The translations under genes were made by a program, and so were the position numbers. The notes under the pieces were generated by a model. That model was not told the origin of the DNA. It was given only the letters and a program-made list of their open reading frames with translations, and made no database searches. Shown piece after piece: positions 26,524 through 34,271 of a stretch of 34,271 nucleotides of DNA; the stretch's first letter is position 1, and each line of letters starts with the position of its first letter. Location of the stretch: NCBI GenBank assembly GCA_046581755.1, contig JAYGFR010000203.1, positions 1 to 34,271 of the forward strand. Direction: 5' to 3'. This stretch comes from Nitrospinota bacterium (lineage in GTDB: Bacteria > UBA8248).

Positions 26524-27606
26524 CTACACGTTGAAGCGAACGTGCATGATCTCCCCGTCGCGCACCTCGTAGTCCCTGCCCTCGACGCGGAGGGTGCCCC
26601 GTTCCCGGGCCGCCGCCATCGAGCCCGCATCCATGAAATCCTCGTATGAAACCACCTCGGCGCGGATAAACCCCCGCTCCAGGTCCGAGTGAATCGTCCC
26701 CGCCGCCTGGAGGGCTGGCGCTCCCCTCGGAATGGGCCAGGCGCGCACCTCGTCCTCGCCCACCGTCATAAAACACTGGAGACCGAGGAGCTCGAAGGAG
26801 GCGTGAATCACCCGGTCACGCGCCGGCCGCTCAAGGCCGTAATCGGCTAAAAAAATTTCCCGCTCGTCATCTTCCAGCTCGGCCAATTCTTCTTCGAGCC
26901 GGGCGCCGACCACGATGGGGGCCACCTCCCCATCCACCGCCGGCAGGCCGAACGCTCCGGCGGCATCGCCGATCCGGTCCTCGCCTACGTTGAGAACGGA
27001 CAACAGGGGCTTGGCCGACAGGAATCCGAATCCCCGGAGGAGGCTCATTTCCTCATCCGGAATCCCCTGGGCCAGGAGGGGCCGCTCCTCTTCGAGGGCA
27101 GCCTGAACCCTCTGGAGAAGCGCATACTCGGCCACCTCGCCGGGGTCCTTCTTTTTCGCGACCAGCATCTTGAGACGCTCGAGGCGGCGCTCCACGACCA
27201 ACAGGTCGCGGAGAATGAGGTCCAGGCGCATAACGCTCAGATCGCGGGTGGGGTCCACGCTCTCGCGAGGGTGGGGCACACCCGGATCCTCGAAGGCGCG
27301 CAGGAGGAGAAGAAGCGCGTCGGCCCCCTGAAGCGCCGGAGGGATGGTCTCCGAATCCGCGCCGGCGGGCGGGCCGTCCCGGCCTTCTCCCAGGCCTGGA
27401 ACGTCGGCGAATTCGACCGTGGTGTAAGTGGTTTTTTTGGGGTGAAAAATCTCGCTCAGCGCATCGACGCGCGGGTCGGCGACCCGGGCGACCCCCAGAT
27501 GAACCTGAGAGGCGCCATAGCCCCCCGTGCGGGCCGCGCCGCCCGTCAGCGCGTTGAACAGCGTGGTTTTCCCGCTTGCGGCGATTCCGATGATCCCAAT
27601 CTTCAA
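26524..27606 (-). CDS. ychF: YchF/Ola1-family P-loop ATPase
   Basis: KIGIIG...SGKTTLFNALT, DPRVD, DVPGL, NVGE, AGTIHSDLERGFIRAEV and RFNV terminus. TTG 27606 has GGAG upstream. Confidence 0.9.
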   Translation of the reverse strand: MKIGIIGIAASGKTTLFNALTGGAARTGGYGASQVHLGVARVADPRVDALSEIFHPKKTTYTTVEFADVPGLGEGRDGPPAGADSETIPPALQGADALLLLLRAFEDPGVPHPRESVDPTRDLSVMRLDLILRDLLVVERRLERLKMLVAKKKDPGEVAEYALLQRVQAALEEERPLLAQGIPDEEMSLLRGFGFLSAKPLLSVLNVGEDRIGDAAGAFGLPAVDGEVAPIVVGARLEEELAELEDDEREIFLADYGLERPARDRVIHASFELLGLQCFMTVGEDEVRAWPIPRGAPALQAAGTIHSDLERGFIRAEVVSYEDFMDAGSMAAARERGTLRVEGRDYEVRDGEIMHVRFNV

Positions 27607-27643
27607 GGTGTGGCTCTCCAATTGCAGCGCCCGGCAGGGCGCG

Positions 27644-27673
27644 AGTGTACAAAGACTTCACCACCCGGGTCAA
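27644..27673 (-). promoter_or_regulatory. Probable ychF promoter TTGACC-18-TACACT
   Basis: -35 at 27668-27673 and -10 at 27644-27649 on the minus strand, upstream of the ychF RBS. Confidence 0.55.
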
Positions 27674-27727
27674 AACATGGGGGCGAAAAACCCCCGAGGT
27701 CAAAACATGGGGGCAAAAAGCCCCCTT
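27668..27727. repeat. Tandem 2 x 30-bp repeat, each unit a GGGGG/CCCCC hairpin (terminator-like on the minus strand)
   Basis: GGTCAAAACATGGGGGCGAAAAACCCCCGA followed by GGTCAAAACATGGGGGCAAAAAGCCCCCTT. Confidence 0.85.
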
Positions 27728-27732
27728 GGGGC

Positions 27733-28878
27733 TCAGGCCCGGTGTTTTTCCACATAACCCCAGTCGATCTCGGTCCCGAACCCGGGCAGATCGTTCAGAT
27801 GCACCATGCCGCCCCGGACCTGAATTCCCTCTTTGTAGATTCCGTGCTGGATTGGGTGGCGGCCTGGGTCCCCGTGCGATTCCGCCCCAAAGGCGGCCTC
27901 CCCGAAGGCGGAGACCAGATGGGCATGATATTGGGGCGCCGAATGGGGGGCGATGAGAACTCCCATTTGCTCCGCCAGGTGCGCGATGCGCAGCGATTCG
28001 GTAAAGCCGCCGTGGCGGGTCGAATCGAACTGAACGAACCGGATGGCGCCCGAGCGCAAAAAATCGCGAATCGTGAACCGGTGCCACTCCCGCTCCCCGT
28101 GGGCCAGCGGGATGGGCGTGGCCGCCGCGAGGCGCACAAAGTCCTCCGGCTGGAAATACCAATGCAAGGGCTCCTCAAGCCAAAAGATATCGTAGGGGGC
28201 CACCGCACGGGCGAACGCGATGCAATCGTTCACGCCGTAGGGGGCGTTCATATCGAGCATCAACATCGCGTCGCCGATGGCCTCCCGCGTAGCGCGAATT
28301 CTCTCGATCTCATCCGCCACCGCCATGCCGCAGGTTTTCAGCTTGACGGCCCGGTAGTCGGCGGCGGCGAATCCCCCCAATTCGTCCGCGCAGGCGGTAA
28401 GGGGTTCGCCCTCGGCGTAGTAGCCGCCCGTCGCATAGGTGAAAACCTCCCGCCGCGTTCCGCCCAGAAGGCGGTAGATGGGCATTCCCGCCTCTTTTCC
28501 CTTAATATCCCAAAGGGCGATGTCGATTCCCCCGATAGCGGCCATGATCTGGGCCCGCTGGCCGCGCGGAAGAGGCCGGGGCAGACCGTCCCCGCCGGCG
28601 ATTCCGCCGGGCCGGGGCGATGTCAGCGAAAGCAGCTTCTCCCAGACCTCGACATGGCCCAGCGGGTCCATCCCCCGGACAATCTCGCCGAATTGCCCGA
28701 TGAGATCGGCAATCAGCCTCTGGGGCCCCCCCTGCACCTCGCCGAAACCGGTGAGGCCGGAATCCGTGCGGACCTCGACCAGAATCAGGCTGGCCGAGGA
28801 GTGAAACTCGTGCGCGGTCGAGCAGGGACGCTCCAGCGGAACCGACATCGGGTGCGCGGTGACATCCGTGATTTTCAT
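27733..28878 (-). CDS. Mandelate racemase/muconate lactonizing enzyme family (enolase superfamily, MR-like)
   Basis: GLTGFGE, GIDIALWDIKGK, KLK, MLDMN, WLEEP, HGERE and QFD...APH motifs. Confidence 0.92.
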   Translation of the reverse strand: MKITDVTAHPMSVPLERPCSTAHEFHSSASLILVEVRTDSGLTGFGEVQGGPQRLIADLIGQFGEIVRGMDPLGHVEVWEKLLSLTSPRPGGIAGGDGLPRPLPRGQRAQIMAAIGGIDIALWDIKGKEAGMPIYRLLGGTRREVFTYATGGYYAEGEPLTACADELGGFAAADYRAVKLKTCGMAVADEIERIRATREAIGDAMLMLDMNAPYGVNDCIAFARAVAPYDIFWLEEPLHWYFQPEDFVRLAAATPIPLAHGEREWHRFTIRDFLRSGAIRFVQFDSTRHGGFTESLRIAHLAEQMGVLIAPHSAPQYHAHLVSAFGEAAFGAESHGDPGRHPIQHGIYKEGIQVRGGMVHLNDLPGFGTEIDWGYVEKHRA

Positions 28879-28931
28879 CTCATCTCCTCCTCAAGGCGCT
28901 GCGCCCAATTCCGGTGCTCCCCCCCCGCCCA

Positions 28932-31160
28932 TCATCGATTCACGTAAATCGGGCTTGACCAGGCCTGCCCGCCGTCGAGCTGGAGCACGCGCACCCAATA
29001 GGGGCTGCACCCCGGCGGCGCCTCCTCGTCGGTGAAGGCGAACTGTGCGCTCCAATCCCCCGCTTCCGTGGAGACCTCGCTCATCTGGACCCGGATGTTC
29101 ACGCCCCCGCCGGGGACTATATGGGGCTCGTAGCCCAGATCGCCCAGACGCTCGCGGAAGCTCACAACGTTGCTGAAAAAATGCAACTCGGCCTCCGGAG
29201 GAGCCTCGATGTTGAGCATGACCCCATCCGGATCGCCCGAGGTCGCCGTCTGAAAGCGGAGCACCTTATTCGACACGCGCTGAACGTTGTCGTCGTACTG
29301 ATCGAGCGCGTAGGGGGTGAAGCTGACGATGCTCCCCCGGTCCAGGGATATGCCCCCGCGCCAGTTCACTTTTTTGTCCCGCCCGCTCTTGGCGGTGACG
29401 CCGCTCCACTGGACCCTGATCCGGCGAACGGCACCCTGGCCGCCTTGGCCTCTCCGGGGCCGGTTCGCCGGGAACCGGAAGATGGTCTCGATCCCGCGCT
29501 TGAGCTCGACATCGAGCAGGGGGGCCGTGCCGTGGACTTCGACCTCGAGGGTGGGCGGCCCGGAAACGCTGATTTCCTCCCCCATCCAAGCGCCCGCGCA
29601 GGCCGTCTTGAGGAAAATGCGCTCGCCGTTCGTGCCGTAGGTGCGCCGCGCGCGCATGGCCTCCCAAACCGCTTCGCGGGTGAGTTCGGGCGCATACAGC
29701 CCGAGCAGTCCCCCCTTGACGTCGAAGGTGACGACGTTGTTCGTGCGCCGGTTGGGATAGACGAGCCCCTGACGGCCCGTGTGATCGTCGCTGCCACCGG
29801 TAATGCCCACCTTGAAGCCCCGCTCGATGGCCTCTTCGATGAGCCACTCGAACGTTCCGTGGTGGGAATGGGCTTCGATGAGATGGACGAATTCGGGATC
29901 GTAAAAATCCAGGTTGCAGGCGCGGCCCCCGACGTGGGCCACCGACATGACGTCCTCCCGCCCCCGGAAGGTCTCCCAGAGCTTCGAGATGGGAAACCGG
30001 TCGGTGTCGGCATCGCTGAGATCGGCGACTCCCGCGTGGGAGCTTCGATGGATGCGGGCGTCGTCGCCCGAAAAATAGATATTGTAGTCCCCTCCGCCCG
30101 AGCGGGTGCCCGACCACTCGTATCCGAGGAGGGTCACGAAGCGGCCCGGTTCGTTGAAGGCGAGGCACTCGCGCTTGACCTCCTCCCAGTCTTCTTTCCG
30201 GACCCTGAAATCGTTCCCCTGCCAGGCGGCGAAATCGACGCCCGCCCGGTCGCGGGCGAAGCGGAAATACTCTTCCACCGTGCCCGTTCCGACGGTGGAG
30301 CGCGTCTGCCCGTGAATGTCGCCCCAGAACAGGGCGAGCTCCTCGCGCGCCTCGCGGAGGCGGATGGGCGGCCCGAGAGCGCTCAACCCCGCGGCGTCCT
30401 CCACACGGAGGCGGTAGAGACCCTCGCCGGTCAGCCGCACGCCCGGCACTCGGCGGACGCCCCGGTCCTCGGGCCCGAGCTCCACCTCTTCGGGGATATG
30501 ATCGCCCTCCTCGTTTTTCGAAACGCTTTTCAGGAGCCGGACCTTGCCGCGATACTCCTCGGCGGGGTTCCCCCAGCTGTCCACCGGGCGGACGAGGACA
30601 TCGAACGGCTCCCCGCGCAGGGGGCGCTGGGGATACACCAGGTGCCAGGTCTCGGGCGCGCCCCCGGTTACCCGGAGCTCGGGGTTTTCGGCAAGCTCAT
30701 AGAAATAGTTCCGGTTGAAGGTATCCACGGCCACCTTCAGGGTAAAGCGCGCCTCCGGGAAGGTCTGGGCGCGGATGCCGGGGCCGCCGCCCGCCGTATC
30801 GCCCAGCACCACTTCGACCGTATCGCCGGGGCACAGGTATCCCCTGGCGATGCGCACGGCGATGGCCGATCGCCAATCATCGATGTATCCCTGTTCCTCG
30901 TAGGAGAGGGAGAGCCCCACGCCGGGTCTCGAACAGCTTGCCGTGACGTACCCCGATGCGGCGGGGTCGGTAAACTGGGGGAGCTCCATGTCGCAGGCCA
31001 GGCGCTTGCATATCAGAATGCGCGCCCCTTCATCGACGCCGTATTTCCCCGCCGTGAAAATGATCTTCCTGGAAAAAAAACTGCCGGCGATAATGGGGGT
31101 ATCCGGAACGATACGAGCGGCGCCCACGTCGAAGCGGTACGGATCCAGGCGCTGATCCAT
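28932..31160 (-). CDS. DUF3604 family PHP-like metallohydrolase
   Basis: LFWGDIHGQT, GYEWS, AHVGGR, GGSDDH, RRTYGTNGERI and C-terminal AWSSPI motifs. Confidence 0.8.
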   Translation of the reverse strand: MDQRLDPYRFDVGAARIVPDTPIIAGSFFSRKIIFTAGKYGVDEGARILICKRLACDMELPQFTDPAASGYVTASCSRPGVGLSLSYEEQGYIDDWRSAIAVRIARGYLCPGDTVEVVLGDTAGGGPGIRAQTFPEARFTLKVAVDTFNRNYFYELAENPELRVTGGAPETWHLVYPQRPLRGEPFDVLVRPVDSWGNPAEEYRGKVRLLKSVSKNEEGDHIPEEVELGPEDRGVRRVPGVRLTGEGLYRLRVEDAAGLSALGPPIRLREAREELALFWGDIHGQTRSTVGTGTVEEYFRFARDRAGVDFAAWQGNDFRVRKEDWEEVKRECLAFNEPGRFVTLLGYEWSGTRSGGGDYNIYFSGDDARIHRSSHAGVADLSDADTDRFPISKLWETFRGREDVMSVAHVGGRACNLDFYDPEFVHLIEAHSHHGTFEWLIEEAIERGFKVGITGGSDDHTGRQGLVYPNRRTNNVVTFDVKGGLLGLYAPELTREAVWEAMRARRTYGTNGERIFLKTACAGAWMGEEISVSGPPTLEVEVHGTAPLLDVELKRGIETIFRFPANRPRRGQGGQGAVRRIRVQWSGVTAKSGRDKKVNWRGGISLDRGSIVSFTPYALDQYDDNVQRVSNKVLRFQTATSGDPDGVMLNIEAPPEAELHFFSNVVSFRERLGDLGYEPHIVPGGGVNIRVQMSEVSTEAGDWSAQFAFTDEEAPPGCSPYWVRVLQLDGGQAWSSPIYVNR

Positions 31161-31558
31161 CCGAGGAGGACCTCCCTAGCTGTGAATTTTAAGACAGGCG
31201 GCTCCCCCGGCTGAGCTAAGCGGCGGGTGGTCGCCCGCCAACCGGCGCCCGGGGAGAGGGGCCGGATGAATATTTACAAGAATGCTAGAACCTGCCCCCG
31301 CAGTCGAGCCCTTCCGGTCCGGCGCGTCAGCCTCGTCCAGAGGGGGCGTTCGGACCAAAACCCCGAATCTCTGCGCATTTTCGGTAGCGGCCCTTTCGGA
31401 GTCCTGCCCTATATTCATCGCGTTGGTTGCCGGTTCACCGGCGAGGGGGGGGCGGGTTTCGCCCGGCGGAGAAAAAGGAACGGAGTTTGAGGGAGTTTGA
31501 GGGGAACTTTTTTGGGGGGTGGCCCGAGGAGGCCGAGGGCAGGAACAGTTCGGAAACC

Positions 31559-32347
31559 CTAGGCCAACTCGAACCGGCGGGTCCCGGTGTCCGTGGCGAA
31601 ATCGCGGGCCTCGCCGATGAGACGGGCAAAAATATGTTCGGAGGTCGCGCTGTCGCCATATCCATATGCCGCCATGGATTCGGGATGCCACTGGACTCCC
31701 AGGACAAACCGGCATGAGACGCATTCGATAGCCTCCACCACGCCATCGGCGCTCTTCGCCGCAACCCGCATCCCCGCTCCGAGGTCCTTGACCGATTGAT
31801 GATGATGGCTGTTCACCGTATGGGGGCCGGATCCGATGGTGGCTTCGAGATTCGACGATAGCGCTTCGATCGAGTGGAAGGTGTAGGTGTCTTTTTCGGT
31901 GTCCTCGGGCAGATGCACCAGGGGATTATCGATCTGGGTGGCGATGTCCTGCACGAGCGTTCCACCGGCGGCGACGTTGAGCACCTGCATCCCCCCGCAG
32001 ATTCCGAGCACGGGCAGGTCGCGGGAGAGAGCGCCCCGGCATATCGACAGCTCGAAGCCGGCCCGCTTGGCGTTCGGAGGCCCGCATTCGGGCCGGCGCA
32101 TTTCGCCGAAGATTTCCGGATCGATGTCGTGTCCGCCGCCGGAAATCACCAATGCGTCCATCACCTCGATGAGGGAGAGCGCATCCTTTTCCTCTTCCAT
32201 CGAAGGAAGAAGAATCGGCACACCGCCCGCTTTCGAGATGGCATGAACATAGGCGTCCATCAAGGAATGGCGATCGCGCTCAAAGGGTTCTTCCGGAAAC
32301 CGGCGCTTCGTGAGGTTACATGTAATTCCAATCCGGGGGCGAATCAT
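31559..32347 (-). CDS. Gamma-glutamyl-gamma-aminobutyrate hydrolase family (PuuD-like, peptidase C26)
   Basis: RPRIGIT, AGGVP, LGICGGMQ, VNSHHHQ and GVQWHPE (Cys-His-Glu triad). Confidence 0.9.
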   Translation of the reverse strand: MIRPRIGITCNLTKRRFPEEPFERDRHSLMDAYVHAISKAGGVPILLPSMEEEKDALSLIEVMDALVISGGGHDIDPEIFGEMRRPECGPPNAKRAGFELSICRGALSRDLPVLGICGGMQVLNVAAGGTLVQDIATQIDNPLVHLPEDTEKDTYTFHSIEALSSNLEATIGSGPHTVNSHHHQSVKDLGAGMRVAAKSADGVVEAIECVSCRFVLGVQWHPESMAAYGYGDSATSEHIFARLIGEARDFATDTGTRRFELA

Positions 32348-32511
32348 AGAACGTTCCTTTTATTTCTTTTCAAGAATAGGAATAAGACAAACTTCCTCTA
32401 TATCCTAATTGTTTCTGAATAAGATGCAAATGGGTGGCGCGGCTCTGAACCGCCTGGACCCATCATGAAAGGCAGCATAAAATCGTACGTTCGGAACAGG
32501 AGGCGTTGATT

Positions 32512-32943
32512 TTGGCTCGGCTATTTGTTATGCGGCTCGTACTCCCCATCGCGTTCGTAGTGGGGATGATTTCAATACCATTCGTGTGGTTTCCGGAATT
32601 ACCCGGTGCGCCGATAGGCAAGCCTCCGCCCGTCTCCGGTCGGACATCGGGCGCTCGAGGCGCGGGCCAGGAGCGGGCCGGTATATCTCACATGCCCTTT
32701 CCCGGCGATTCCGCCGGCCAGAGCCCTTCGACGCCCGCCGGAAACTCCCCCGCACCTCCCCCCAAGCGGACCCCGTTCCAGCGCTACATGACGATGGGGT
32801 TTGCCCTGATTTTGCTTTCGGTCTTGGTCGGAGGCGTGATGCTGTACGGAATCACGCGGCGCCAAACGGTGAGTTTTCGAAGAAGGTTCGCCCCCAAAAA
32901 GGGGCCGGCGCGAAGCGGCGGGGAAAATAAGTCCGCCTCCTAG
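32512..32943 (+). CDS. Hypothetical membrane protein (two hydrophobic helices, Pro/Gly-rich linker, basic tail)
   Basis: AGGAGG lies 8 nt before TTG 32512. Hydrophobic segments LVLPIAFVVGMISIPFVWF and MGFALILLSVLVGGVMLYGI; the ORF fills the gap between two real genes. Confidence 0.6.
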   Translation: MARLFVMRLVLPIAFVVGMISIPFVWFPELPGAPIGKPPPVSGRTSGARGAGQERAGISHMPFPGDSAGQSPSTPAGNSPAPPPKRTPFQRYMTMGFALILLSVLVGGVMLYGITRRQTVSFRRRFAPKKGPARSGGENKSAS

Positions 32944-34106
32944 ACGGCTCCCGATTCTTGAAGTTTTTCGATGTCGCCGCGGGTGAATCCGATTTCGGCG
33001 AGGATTTCTTCGGTGTGTTGGCCCACCGTGGGAGCGGGCCGGGAGAAGGATAGCGCGCCCTCGCCGAAGGATACGGGAGAGCCCGGCAGCAGGACCGGTC
33101 CGGCCGTGGGGTGATCGACCTCGACGAAGGCTTCGGGAAACCGCTCTTTCAATTGGGCGACATCGTTGATGGCGCTGACGGTGACCCCCTGGGGGATGAG
33201 AACCTCCTCCCATTCGGCGGTGGTCCGCTCTTTCAAAACATCCTCAAGAATCTTCCGAAGCGCACCGTCGTTTTCAACGCGGTTCGCATTTTCCGCGAAA
33301 CGGGGATCGGTGGCCAGGTCCGCGCGGCCCAGCGCCTTGGCAAACACCCGGTAGCGATTCGTGTTCGAGATCGCGACGAAGATGAGCCCGTCGCTCGTCT
33401 TGTATCCCGAAAAGGGGGAGACGACCGGATGGGACAATCCCTCCGGGCCCGGAACCTGTCCGGTGAAGCTGTGCCGAGAGATGGGATTTTCCATGATGTT
33501 AACGGTGGCGGCCAGCATGGAGGCGTCCACACGGCTGCCCTCGCCCGTGCGCTCGCGGCGCCAGAGGGCTGAGAGAATACCCGAGAGGAGAAAAAGCCCG
33601 GTCGCGATATCCACGATGGACACCCCCACCCGCACGGGCGGCCCGCCGGCCGGGCCGGTGACGCTGATGAGCCCGCCCGCCGCCTGGAGCAGGCTGTCGA
33701 ATGCCGGGCGCTTTGCATCGGGACCTTCATGCCCGAACCCCGAGACCGCGCCGTAGATGAGGCGGGGGTTTTCGGCCCGGAGCGCCTCCCAGCCCACCCC
33801 GAGGCGGTCCATCGTGCCGGCCACGTAGTTTTCGACCACCACGTCCGCCGAGCGGGCCAGCCGCCGGAACACTTTGGCCCCATCCGGGTTTTTCAGGTTG
33901 ACGGTAATGGAGCGCTTGCCGCGGTTCAGGCTCATGAAGTAGCTGCTCTCCCCTTCCCGGAAAGGGCCGATGGCGCGGCTGTCCTCTCCTCCGGGGCGCT
34001 CGACCTTGATGATATCGGCGCCGTAGCCGCCCATATACAGCGACACGATCGGGCCAGCGTTGAACTGGCTCGCGTCGATGACTTTCAGGCCATCCAGCAT
34101 TTTCAT
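32940..34106 (-). CDS. CaiB/BaiF family (class III) CoA-transferase
   Basis: LDGLKVID, AGP, GADIIKVE, NRGKRS, DVVVEN, SGFG, IVDIATG and APTVGQHT motifs. Confidence 0.94.
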   Translation of the reverse strand: MKMLDGLKVIDASQFNAGPIVSLYMGGYGADIIKVERPGGEDSRAIGPFREGESSYFMSLNRGKRSITVNLKNPDGAKVFRRLARSADVVVENYVAGTMDRLGVGWEALRAENPRLIYGAVSGFGHEGPDAKRPAFDSLLQAAGGLISVTGPAGGPPVRVGVSIVDIATGLFLLSGILSALWRRERTGEGSRVDASMLAATVNIMENPISRHSFTGQVPGPEGLSHPVVSPFSGYKTSDGLIFVAISNTNRYRVFAKALGRADLATDPRFAENANRVENDGALRKILEDVLKERTTAEWEEVLIPQGVTVSAINDVAQLKERFPEAFVEVDHPTAGPVLLPGSPVSFGEGALSFSRPAPTVGQHTEEILAEIGFTRGDIEKLQESGAV

Positions 34107-34133
34107 GGGAGGTTCAGGGAAGCGGCAAAAGAA

Positions 34134-34271
34134 TCAGCGCTTTTGGGATTTCCGGCCTTTCGGGGTCTTTTTGCGCGCCGATTTTTTAGAGGTATTTTTC
34201 TTGACGATCTTCTTCTTGGCCGCCTTCTTGACGATCTTCTTCTTGGCCGCCTTCTTGGCGATCTTCTTCTT
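34134..34271 (-). CDS. C-terminal Lys/Ala-rich histone-H1-like tail of a protein starting beyond the window (partial)
   Basis: Minus strand reads KKKIAKKAAKKKIVKKAAKKKIVKKNTSKKSARKKTPKGRKSQKR*, with the stop at 34134-34136. Confidence 0.8.
   Translation of the reverse strand, partial: KKKIAKKAAKKKIVKKAAKKKIVKKNTSKKSARKKTPKGRKSQKR
34198..34271. repeat. 27-bp tandem repeat encoding KKAAKKKIV
   Basis: TTGACGATCTTCTTCTTGGCCGCCTTC at 34201-34227 and 34228-34254; a third copy is truncated at the window edge. Confidence 0.92.

Noticed and set aside
27668..27727. 30-bp repeats as a mini-CRISPR array
   Set aside because: Units are directly adjacent with no spacers, there are only two copies, and no cas genes are present.
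27271..28947. 558-aa plus-strand ORF
   Set aside because: Antisense to ychF and the enolase-family gene; no motifs.
29121..31214. 697-aa plus-strand ORF
   Set aside because: Antisense shadow of the DUF3604 gene.
31290..31430. Possible c-di-AMP or c-di-GMP riboswitch upstream of DUF3604 (TCCGAAAGG stem on the minus strand)
   Set aside because: The other conserved elements of these riboswitch classes could not be found by eye.

Overview
GC-rich bacterial chromosomal segment, possibly a whole contig: it starts inside an IS256-like transposase and ends inside a 27-bp tandem repeat. It carries about 40 genes. In order: kdsD; a yebC-ruvC-ruvA-ruvB-DUF2905 housekeeping block; an SDR gene whose 3' end is duplicated 1110 bp downstream, the two copies bracketing a NIPSNAP gene and a higBA toxin-antitoxin pair; a bicupin and an ATP-grasp ligase; nfuA; a long minus-strand catabolic-looking cluster (FadR/GntR regulator with a visible operator, DddP-like M24 metalloenzyme, DRE-TIM enzyme, two Zn-dehydrogenases, two paralogous bicupins, a frameshifted lipoprotein hydrolase, a receiver gene with an internal stop); a plus-strand amino-sugar cluster (frameshifted TIM-barrel isomerase, AmgK-like kinase, GNAT, CelD/FemAB-like GNAT, MshA-like GT4, PIG-L deacetylase, NagZ) that resembles a non-canonical mycothiol/bacillithiol-like pathway lacking the known Cys ligase; an atypical receiver protein; ychF; an enolase-superfamily enzyme; DUF3604; a PuuD-like hydrolase; a CaiB/BaiF CoA-transferase; and the tail of a histone-H1-like protein. 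No rRNA, tRNA or CRISPR array was recognised. All functional calls come from motif recognition by eye, without database searches.
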